Translations under genes and position numbers: made by a program
Notes under the pieces: model-generated
What the model was told of the DNA's origin: nothing
What the model saw: the letters and a program-made list of their open reading frames with translations, nothing else
Databases searched by the model: none
Part shown: positions 56,707 to 64,000 of the stretch, one piece after another
Position numbering within the stretch: the first letter of the stretch is position 1
How the letters are laid out: each line of letters opens with the position of its first letter
Origin: Planctomycetota bacterium
Lineage (GTDB): Bacteria; Planctomycetota; B15-G4
Assembly (NCBI GenBank): GCA_038212275.1
Contig: JBBQUR010000016.1
Coordinates: 51,403-115,402, forward strand
DNA length: 64,000 nt
Direction of reading: 5' to 3'

Positions 56707-57717
56707 GTGAACCCTTACCTCGACTTGCCAGCCGCCGCAGCGGCACTTCACCGCCGGGCGCTCGTGTTCGATGCGCATGCGGACACACTGACCGAGATGA
56801 CCGATCGCGGTTACGACCTGGATGCCGCGCCGGAAGACAGGCACCTCGACTTCGCCCGCTGTGCCGGCGGGGTGCTGGATGCACAGGTCTTCACGTGCTT
56901 CGTGCATCCGCGCTACGTCGGAGCAGGCGCCGCCGATCGCGTGCGCGCCATGCTGGACACCATGGACCGGCAGCTTGCGCGATTCCCGGACCGGCTGGCG
57001 CTGTGCACGGGCCGCGGGCAGATCGGGGCGGCCCGCGCTTCGGGTCGGCTGGCGGCGGTTCTTGCCATCGAGGGCGGCCACGCCATCGAAGACGACCTTG
57101 ACGTGCTTCACGAGTTCTTCGGGCGCGGCGTGCGGAGCATGACGCTCACGTGGAACAACACCAACGAATGGGCCGACGGCTGCGGCGATGAGGGCCGGCA
57201 CGGCGGACTGGCTCCCCGCGGCCGCGAGGTGGTGGCTGCCATGGAGGAGCTGGGCATGGTCGTGGACATCAGCCACGTGGCTCCCTCGACCTTCGGCGAC
57301 GTGCTTGCGATGGCGCGCCATCCGCTCATTGCGAGCCACTCTTGCGCGCGTGCGCTGCGCGACCACCAGCGCAACCTTCACGATGATCAGCTGCGCGCGC
57401 TGGCGGCTGCCGGCGGTGTCGCCTGCGTCAACTTCTATCCGGTGTTCCTGGTGAGTGAAGGCGAGGCCGGGTTGAAGCACGTGCTCGACCACGTCGAGCG
57501 CTTCCTCGCGGTGGCGGGCGAGGATCACGTGGGGCTGGGCACCGACTACGACGGCATCGGCATCACGCCCACGGACCTCCCGGACGTGGCCAGCCTGCCC
57601 CGGGTCACGGCGGGACTGCTGGCCCGCGGCCACTCCGAGCGCACCATCGAGAAGCTGCTCGGCGCCAACCTGCTGCGCGTCTTCGAGGCGGTGCTGCCGG
57701 CGGAGAGGCAGGCATGA
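56707..57717 (+). CDS. Membrane dipeptidase (peptidase M19)
   Basis: DAHAD, IEGG, TLTWN, VDISH, ASHS, HVGLGTDYDG. Confidence 0.92.
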   Translation: MNPYLDLPAAAAALHRRALVFDAHADTLTEMTDRGYDLDAAPEDRHLDFARCAGGVLDAQVFTCFVHPRYVGAGAADRVRAMLDTMDRQLARFPDRLALCTGRGQIGAARASGRLAAVLAIEGGHAIEDDLDVLHEFFGRGVRSMTLTWNNTNEWADGCGDEGRHGGLAPRGREVVAAMEELGMVVDISHVAPSTFGDVLAMARHPLIASHSCARALRDHQRNLHDDQLRALAAAGGVACVNFYPVFLVSEGEAGLKHVLDHVERFLAVAGEDHVGLGTDYDGIGITPTDLPDVASLPRVTAGLLARGHSERTIEKLLGANLLRVFEAVLPAERQA

Positions 57718-58943
57718 GCGCACCCGTGGTCCTGCTCTCGCGCAGCGGTGTGCTTCGACTGCGCGACGGTCATCCGTGGATCTTTCCGGATCACATCGAG
57801 AGCACCGACTGCACGGAGGCGGGTCTCGTGCAATTGCAGGGGCCTGCCGGTCGCGTGCGGGGCTGGGCGGTGTTCAATCCGCGTTCACGCATCCCCTTGC
57901 GCCTCGTGGTGCGCGGCGGCGCCGCCGCCACCGAACCAGGCGAGCGCTGGTGGCAGGATCGGCTCGATGCCGCGATCGCGGCGCGTGCTGCCGAGCTGGC
58001 GCCCGGCGAAACCGCCTGCCGCTGGGTGCACGCGGAGGCCGACGGCCTGCCGGGGCTCGTCGTGGATCGGTACGCCGACATCGCGGTGCTGCAGGCGGGC
58101 TGCGAGTGGGCGGATCGGCTTGCGCCCGCAGTCGCCGAGCACCTGCTCGCGGCGCACGGCATGCGCGGCGTCCTCGCCCGGCACGACGGCGGCTTCCGCA
58201 GACCGGAGGGCCTGCCCGAGGGTGTCGCGCTGCTGGCAGGCGACGTGCCTCATGCGGTGGCCTGGACCTCCGGCGGCGTGCAGCGCAGCATCGATCCTTG
58301 GACCGGCCAGAAGACGGGCGCGTATCTCGACCAGCGCGAGAACCAGCGGCTCTCGCCCGAGCTGCTCCCCGGACAGCGCTGTCTCGACGCCTTCTGCAAC
58401 GACGGCGGCTTCGCGCTGCACCTCGCGCGTGCGGGGCGTGACGTCGTCGCGCTGGACGGCAGCGAGGCGGCGCTGGCGCAGCTGTCAGCCAATGCCGAGG
58501 CCAACGGCGTGTCGGCGCGCATCGAAGCCTTCAAGGTGAACGTCTTCGATCACCTGCACCAGCTTGCCGTCCAGGCTTCGGCCGGGAAGGCCGGGAGCGA
58601 CGCCGTTCCCGGAGAGGGGCTGTTCGACGGCATCGTGCTGGATCCGCCCGCGCTCGTGCGGCGCAAGGCCGACCTCAACCAGGCGCTGCGCGGCTACAAG
58701 GAGCTGAACCTGCGCGCGCTGTCGCTGCTGCGCGTGGGCGGCCGGCTGCTCACGTGCAGCTGTTCCTTCCATGTCGGGCCGGAGGAGTTCCTGCACATGC
58801 TGCGCGGCGCTGCGGCCGATGCGGGCCGTGATGTGCGCATCGTGTCGGTGCGTGGCGGCGCTCCCTGCCACCCGCGACGGCTTGCCTTCCCCGAGTCGTC
58901 CTATCTGAAGGTGGTGCTGCTGCAGGTCACGGGCGCGTGGTGA
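57714..58943 (+). CDS. RlmI-like rRNA m5C methyltransferase
   Basis: GHPWIF, EADGLPGLVVDRY, GQKTGAYLDQREN, LDPP, TCSCS, YLK. Confidence 0.9.
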   Translation: MSAPVVLLSRSGVLRLRDGHPWIFPDHIESTDCTEAGLVQLQGPAGRVRGWAVFNPRSRIPLRLVVRGGAAATEPGERWWQDRLDAAIAARAAELAPGETACRWVHAEADGLPGLVVDRYADIAVLQAGCEWADRLAPAVAEHLLAAHGMRGVLARHDGGFRRPEGLPEGVALLAGDVPHAVAWTSGGVQRSIDPWTGQKTGAYLDQRENQRLSPELLPGQRCLDAFCNDGGFALHLARAGRDVVALDGSEAALAQLSANAEANGVSARIEAFKVNVFDHLHQLAVQASAGKAGSDAVPGEGLFDGIVLDPPALVRRKADLNQALRGYKELNLRALSLLRVGGRLLTCSCSFHVGPEEFLHMLRGAAADAGRDVRIVSVRGGAPCHPRRLAFPESSYLKVVLLQVTGAW

Positions 58944-59626
58944 TGGCCGGGCCGGAGGCGCAGCGGCGCGGCGAGGGTTCGCCGGGAGCGCGCGCCGTGC
59001 CGCCATCGCGGCTTCAGTGGGCAGAGCTGCTGTTCATCGCGGCGTTGTTCGTGTGGTCCGGCATCGGTCCGCAGCTGCGCGAGGTGTGGGCGATGGAGAC
59101 GCTGCCGGTGGTGGTGGGTCTGGTGGTCGTGGTCTGGCGCTGGCGCGCCTTCCCGTGGACCGACCTCGCCACCGCGCTGATGACCGTTTTCGCCGTCGTG
59201 CTCCTCGTCGGCGGGCACTACACTTACGCGCTGGCGCCGCTCGGCGAATGGTTGCGCACGAACCTCGACCTGCAGCGCAATCCCTACGACCGCATCGGGC
59301 ACTTCCTGCAGGGCGTCGTGCCCGGGCTGCTGGCACGCGAACTGCTGCTGCGCTGCACGCCGCTGCGGCCGGGCAAGGCGCTGTTCTGGGTCGTGGCCTC
59401 CGTCGCATTGGCCTGCAGCGCCTTCTACGAGCTGACCGAGTGGTGGACGGCCGTGCTGGTCGCGCCCGAGGCCGGCATCGCCTACCTCGGAGCCCAGGGC
59501 GACATCTGGGACGCGCAATGGGACATGGCCTGCGCCCTGATGGGAGTGCTCGTGGTGCAACTCCTCTGCTCGCGTCTGCACGACCGGCAGCTCGCGGCGC
59601 TGGCCCGGCAGCGCTCCGCACGCTGA
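58943..59626 (+). CDS. DUF2238 (YjdF-like) inner membrane protein
   Basis: GGHYTY, RNPYDRIGH, YELTEW, GAQGDIWDAQWDM. Confidence 0.9.
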   Translation: MAGPEAQRRGEGSPGARAVPPSRLQWAELLFIAALFVWSGIGPQLREVWAMETLPVVVGLVVVVWRWRAFPWTDLATALMTVFAVVLLVGGHYTYALAPLGEWLRTNLDLQRNPYDRIGHFLQGVVPGLLARELLLRCTPLRPGKALFWVVASVALACSAFYELTEWWTAVLVAPEAGIAYLGAQGDIWDAQWDMACALMGVLVVQLLCSRLHDRQLAALARQRSAR

Positions 59627-59673
59627 CCGAAGCCGGCTCGCCGCGCCCTGCGCCCCGAGCCCGACCTCCCCGA

Positions 59674-59790
59674 GCACCGCACCAACGCACCGCCTTGCCA
59701 ACGCACCGCCGCACCACCTCGCCACCTCGCCACCTCGCCACCTCGCCAACGCACCAACGCACCAACGCACCAACGCACCGCCGCACGCTG
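59674..59790. repeat. Intergenic 8-bp microsatellite tract
   Basis: Runs of GCACCAAC and CACCTCGC. Confidence 0.8.
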
Positions 59791-59855
59791 CCATGCGCAG
59801 TCGGGCCGGCTGCGATATCGTGTCCGGCTCGAATCACTTCTCAGGAGGCTCGTTC

Positions 59856-60554
59856 ATGTTGCAGTTCGTGACGGATCGCGGTGGGCGTTGCACGCCTGGT
59901 GTGTTGGTGCTGCCGGTGGCCGTTGCGCTGCTGCTCCTGGGTGCGACAGGCACGGCCGCGTCGCAGACGGCGCCCGCGTCGCCGACACCTGCTCCGACCC
60001 CGACTGCACAGGCGGCGCTGGCGCAGAACGCGCAGACCGCACCGACGCCCCCGCAGACTGCACCGACCGCACCGCAAACCGCACCGCAGAACCCTCCGCA
60101 GACCGAACCGACCCCACCGGAGACCGCGCCGAAGGTGCCAGGCGATCGGCAAGGGCGTGGGCCCAGGGGGCCGCGCGGCGCGCCGCCGGCGCCCGGCCAG
60201 GAGCCCGCGGATCTCGAGGGAGTCATGGACGGCATCAAGGGACAGCTGAAGTCCCTGGCCGGCGCGATCGGCACCTCGAACACCGAGGCGGCGCTGGTCG
60301 CCGTCAACGACATGGAGCGCCTCGTGCTGCTTGCCAAGAAGTACGGGCCGAACAACATGAACACGGTCGCGGCGGCCGATCGGCCCGCGCACCAGGTCGC
60401 GTATCGCAAGGCCTTGCTCGGCGTGCTCAAGGAACTCGCGGACGTCGAGCTCAACGTGCTCGACGGCAAGTTCGACGCAGCGATGGAGCAGCTCAAGGGC
60501 CCGCTGGCCGAAATGCGCGACGACGCGCACGACAAGTTCCAGGCCGCGCACTGA
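59856..60554 (+). CDS. Cytochrome b562-like four-helix protein behind a Pro/Thr/Gln linker
   Basis: Signal peptide. ADLEGVM and MRDDAHDKF match the Met and His heme-ligand positions of cytochrome b562. Confidence 0.75.
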   Translation: MLQFVTDRGGRCTPGVLVLPVAVALLLLGATGTAASQTAPASPTPAPTPTAQAALAQNAQTAPTPPQTAPTAPQTAPQNPPQTEPTPPETAPKVPGDRQGRGPRGPRGAPPAPGQEPADLEGVMDGIKGQLKSLAGAIGTSNTEAALVAVNDMERLVLLAKKYGPNNMNTVAAADRPAHQVAYRKALLGVLKELADVELNVLDGKFDAAMEQLKGPLAEMRDDAHDKFQAAH

Positions 60555-60664
60555 CGTTGCGCACCGAAACGGCGCACTGACGCTGCTTGCCGGGACCGCG
60601 CGCTGACGCTGCGCGGCAGGACTGCGCACTGACGCTGCTTGTTGGGACTGCGCGCTGACGTTGC
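60546..60664. repeat. Five 15-bp cores (GCGCRCTGACGYTGC) at exact 26-bp period
   Basis: Cores start at 60546, 60572, 60598, 60624 and 60650. Confidence 0.85.
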
Positions 60665-60683
60665 GCGCCGTCGCGTTGCGGAC

Positions 60684-63623
60684 TCAGCCGCGGCGCAGGC
60701 GCTCGCCGAGTTCGCGCAGCAGCAGGAGCGCGTCCAGCGGCGTCATGTCGTCGGTGTCCACCGCGAGGAGGGCGTCCAGCACCGTGCGTTCCGGACTGCC
60801 TGCGCGCGGATCCGCGGCGCCGGGCGGGACGAGCAATTCCTGGCGCGGCGTCGGCGCGGCCGCACCGGCGGGCAGCTCGCCGGCGCCGGGGCGCAGGTCC
60901 GGCGCGCGCGCCTGAAGATCCGCGAGGATCTTCCGCGCGCGCTCGATGACGGGCCGCGGCACGCCGGCGAGTCGCGCGACGTGCAGGCCGTAGCTGCGGT
61001 CCGTGCCGCCAGGCTCGATGCGGTGCAGGAAGACCACGTCTTCGCCCTGCTCATGCACGGCGACGTGCAGGTTGCGCACGGCGGGCAGCTCGTCGGCGAG
61101 ATCCATGAGCTCGTGGTAGTGCGTCGCGAAGAGAGTGCGCGCGCTGGCGGAGGTCACGAGGTATTCGCAGATGGCCCACGCCAGCGAGAGGCCGTCCCAC
61201 GTGGAGGTGCCGCGCCCGACCTCGTCGAGCAGCACGAGGCTCGAGCGCGTGGCGTTGTTGAGGATGGCCGCGGTCTCGGTCATCTCCACCATGAAGGTGG
61301 AGGCGCCGGACGACAGGTCGTCCGCGCTGCCGATGCGCGTGAAAATGCGATCCACCACGCCGACGTGCGCGGAGGCCGCCGGCACGAAGCTGCCGATCTG
61401 CGCGAGCAGCACGAGCAGCGCGACCTGCCGGATGTACGTGCTCTTGCCGGCCATGTTCGGGCCGGTGACGAGCAGCAGCCGCGCGCCGGTCTGGTCGAGG
61501 CGCACGTCGTTGGGCACGAAGACGCCGGGCGGCAGCAGCGCCTCGAGCACAGGGTGGCGGCCGTCGCGGATGTCGATGACGTCGCCGTCGTCGACCTCGG
61601 GGCGCACCCAGCCGCGCTCGGCGGCCAGCGTGCAGAAGCTGCACAGCACGTCGACGCGCGCGACGGCGCGGGCCAGCGCGCGCAGCGCCTCGCCGTCCTG
61701 GCCGGCGCGCTCGCGCAGCGCCAGGAAGAGCTGGTGCTCCAGCTCGCGCGCCTGGTCGTCGGCCGTGAGCAGCGAGGACTCCAGGCTTTTCAGCTCGGGC
61801 GTCACGTAGCGCTCCGCGCCGGCCAGCGTCTGCTTGCGCACGTAGTTGTCGGGCACCTTCGCCGCGTGCGCGTGGCCGATCTCGATCGAGTAGCCGAAGA
61901 CGCGGTTGTACTGCACCTTGAGCGACGCGATGCCCGTGGCCGCGATCTCGTCGGCCTGGAAGCGCGCGATGGCGGCCGCGCCGTTCTCGCGCAGCGCGAC
62001 GAGTTCGTCGAGGCGCGCGTCCCAGCCGCGCGCGATGAGGCCGCCCTCGTGCAGCACCGGCGCGGGCTGTTCGAGCAGGCCGCGCTCCAGCACGTCGAGC
62101 AGTTCGGGCAGCGGGACGATCTCCGACCCCGCCGCGGCGAGCGGTGCGCTCTGGCAGCCGGCGAGCGCGGCGCGCAGCGCGGGCGCAAGGCGCAGTCCGT
62201 TGCGCAGCGAGGCGAGATCGCGCGGCGAGGCGCGACCGGCGAGCAGGCGCGTCGCGAGGCGCTCGAGGTCCGGCATGCTGCCCAGCGCCTCCCGCAGCGC
62301 GACGTGCACGTCGCGGCGCGCGAGCAGTTCTTCGACGGCGAGTTGCCGCGCACGGATCGGCGCGGGCGCGGCGAGCGGCGCGATGAGCCATTCGCGCAGC
62401 AGGCGTGCGCCCATCGCGGTGGCGGTGCGGTCGAGCACGGAGAGCAGGCTGCCTTCGCGGCGGCCGTCACGCTGCGTGCCGAGCAGCTCCAGGCAATGGC
62501 GTGTCGCGCGGTCGAGGCCGGCGCTGGCGCCCGGGTCGTGCCGGCGCAGCGCGGAGACGGCGGGCAGCGCGCCGCGCTGCGTCTCGCGCACGTAGGCCAG
62601 CACCGCGCCCGCCGCGCGCACGCAGGGCGCGGTGTCCTCGAAACCGAAGCCCGCAAGCGTCGCGACGGCCAGCTGTTCGCGCACGAGGTTCAGCGCGTTG
62701 CCGGCCTGGAAGGTCCACTCGGCGCCGCGCACGAGCGGCGCACGCGAGACGCCGGCGAGGCGTCGCGCCATCGGACCGTCCGGCTCCGCGAGCAGCGACT
62801 CCGGCAGCAGGATTTCCGCCGGGTCTAGCCGCGCGACCTCGTCGGCGAGGCGCGAGAGCGGCACGTCCACCGCGCGGAAGTCGCCGGTGGAGACGTCGAT
62901 CCACGCGAGGCCGCAGGTCGCGTCCTCGCCGGCAGCGCTGCTCGCACCCGCGTGTGCACCCGCGTGCGCGCCGGCGTGTGCACCGGCGTGCGCCGAAGTG
63001 CGCGAGCCGCGCGAGGCGTTCGGCGCGACGCCCGGCGCGATGGCCAGCAGCCAGTTGCTCGTGCGGCGGTCGAGCAGGTCGTCCTCGTAGAGCGTGCCGG
63101 CGGTGACGATGCGCGTGACGGCGCGCTCGACGATGCCCTTGGCCAGCTTCGGGTCCGACATCTGGTCGCAGATCGCGACGCGGAATCCCTGGCGGATGAG
63201 TTGCGCGAGGTAGCCCTCGTAGGCGCGGGCGGGCACGCCGGCCATGGGCAGCGCGCCCTCGCCCTTGGCGCGCGAGGTGAGCGTGATGCCCAGCGCGCGC
63301 GACGCGATCTTCGCGTCCTCGCCGAAGAGCTCGTAGAAGTCGCCCATGCGGAAGAAGAGCAGCGCGTCGGGCGCCTCGGCCTTGGCGCGCAGATACTGCT
63401 CCATCATCGGCGAGGTCTTGCCGCTGTCGGTGGCAGCCGGCGCGCGCGCGGGTTTGCCGTCGGGCCGCGCGGGGAGCGCGGTGCGGGCGGGGGGCACCGA
63501 GCGAGCGGGCGGCGACGAGCGAGCGGGGCGCGAGGTTCCGGGTCCGCCGTCGGCGCCCGCCTGAGCGGTGTCCGGCTCGGGCTCGGCGCCGAAGAGTGAT
63601 GCCTGCCCGGGTGCTGCGCTCAT
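60684..63623 (-). CDS. mutS: DNA mismatch repair protein MutS
   Basis: SPMMEQY, FFRMGDFYELF, GPNMAGKST, STFMVEM, DEVGRGTST, ATHYHEL, SYGLHVA. Confidence 0.97.
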   Translation of the reverse strand: MSAAPGQASLFGAEPEPDTAQAGADGGPGTSRPARSSPPARSVPPARTALPARPDGKPARAPAATDSGKTSPMMEQYLRAKAEAPDALLFFRMGDFYELFGEDAKIASRALGITLTSRAKGEGALPMAGVPARAYEGYLAQLIRQGFRVAICDQMSDPKLAKGIVERAVTRIVTAGTLYEDDLLDRRTSNWLLAIAPGVAPNASRGSRTSAHAGAHAGAHAGAHAGASSAAGEDATCGLAWIDVSTGDFRAVDVPLSRLADEVARLDPAEILLPESLLAEPDGPMARRLAGVSRAPLVRGAEWTFQAGNALNLVREQLAVATLAGFGFEDTAPCVRAAGAVLAYVRETQRGALPAVSALRRHDPGASAGLDRATRHCLELLGTQRDGRREGSLLSVLDRTATAMGARLLREWLIAPLAAPAPIRARQLAVEELLARRDVHVALREALGSMPDLERLATRLLAGRASPRDLASLRNGLRLAPALRAALAGCQSAPLAAAGSEIVPLPELLDVLERGLLEQPAPVLHEGGLIARGWDARLDELVALRENGAAAIARFQADEIAATGIASLKVQYNRVFGYSIEIGHAHAAKVPDNYVRKQTLAGAERYVTPELKSLESSLLTADDQARELEHQLFLALRERAGQDGEALRALARAVARVDVLCSFCTLAAERGWVRPEVDDGDVIDIRDGRHPVLEALLPPGVFVPNDVRLDQTGARLLLVTGPNMAGKSTYIRQVALLVLLAQIGSFVPAASAHVGVVDRIFTRIGSADDLSSGASTFMVEMTETAAILNNATRSSLVLLDEVGRGTSTWDGLSLAWAICEYLVTSASARTLFATHYHELMDLADELPAVRNLHVAVHEQGEDVVFLHRIEPGGTDRSYGLHVARLAGVPRPVIERARKILADLQARAPDLRPGAGELPAGAAAPTPRQELLVPPGAADPRAGSPERTVLDALLAVDTDDMTPLDALLLLRELGERLRRG

Positions 63624-63765
63624 GGGGCGCGGATTCTAGCGCGCAGGGCTCGGCGTGTCGCAGCACGCCGGCCCGGACGCGAGGAGGCATCCCGGGACGG
63701 GTCGGGGGCAGGTCGTGTGCCGCTGAGGTGACGGGCGTCGCCGCGCGCCGTCCTGCGGTCTCGGG

Positions 63766-64000
63766 ATGTCCGCACGCGCCACCGACGCCGTCCGCTCAGC
63801 GGCCGCTGCTCCGGCCAGCTCGTCGACGCCGGACGCCGTGTCGCGCCACGGATCCGCCGCCGACGGCTACCGCCGTCGTGAGCCGGAGACGTCCGTGCTG
63901 TATCAGGTGGTCGCGCGGCACCTCGCGACATTCCTGCAGCGCGTGGAGCAAGGCGAGAGCCGCGCCGGGCTGCCGGCCTTCGTGCGGCGCGAGCTCTCGG
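63766..64000 (+). mobile_element. 5' part of an IS91-family (rolling-circle) transposase, zinc-binding-domain region
   Basis: The ORF from ATG 63766 reads ...YRRREPETSVLYQVVARHLATFL...LPAFVRREL and runs off the window. This is the usual N-terminus preceding the zinc-binding domain of IS91-like transposases. Confidence 0.7.

Noticed and set aside
60546..60664. Possible CRISPR mini-array
   Set aside because: The 15-bp repeat and 11-bp spacers are too short, the spacers resemble each other, and no cas genes are present.
243..62828. Numerous long antisense or alternate-frame ORFs (e.g. 243-2510, 3822-6728, 41518-44940, 60639-62828)
   Set aside because: They are shadows of recognisable genes. 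Stop codons are scarce at this GC content, and the products are Arg/Ala/Gly-rich with no motifs.
1..64000. tRNA, rRNA, prophage or known defence genes
   Set aside because: None were recognised by eye. The intergenic gaps are short or repeat-filled.

Overview
Very GC-rich bacterial window, probably Planctomycetota-like (inferred from gene content only: three ECF sigma factors, carboxypeptidase-regulatory-repeat proteins, FG-GAP and prenyltransferase-repeat proteins). Housekeeping genes are topA, murJ, plsC-like, rlmI-like, mutS and dispersed leucine-catabolism enzymes. Accessory loci include three ECF sigma modules, a divergent radical-SAM pair, an hmuTUV-hemS heme uptake operon headed by an FG-GAP protein, a Cys-stapled small protein with a HEAT-repeat partner, and the start of an IS91-family transposase at the right edge. 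The strongest novelty candidates are: (1) an ECF sigma followed by a priming phosphoglycosyltransferase homolog that has lost its catalytic Asp-Glu and carries extra regulatory-looking domains; (2) a ~120-aa terminal domain shared by three unrelated secreted proteins, possibly a sorting or anchoring tag; (3) the radical-SAM pair with a possible precursor ORF; (4) the symmetric 8-Cys hairpin protein; (5) many apparently leaderless promoters; (6) pervasive in-frame micro-duplications. All family calls come from motif recognition by eye. No database search was run.
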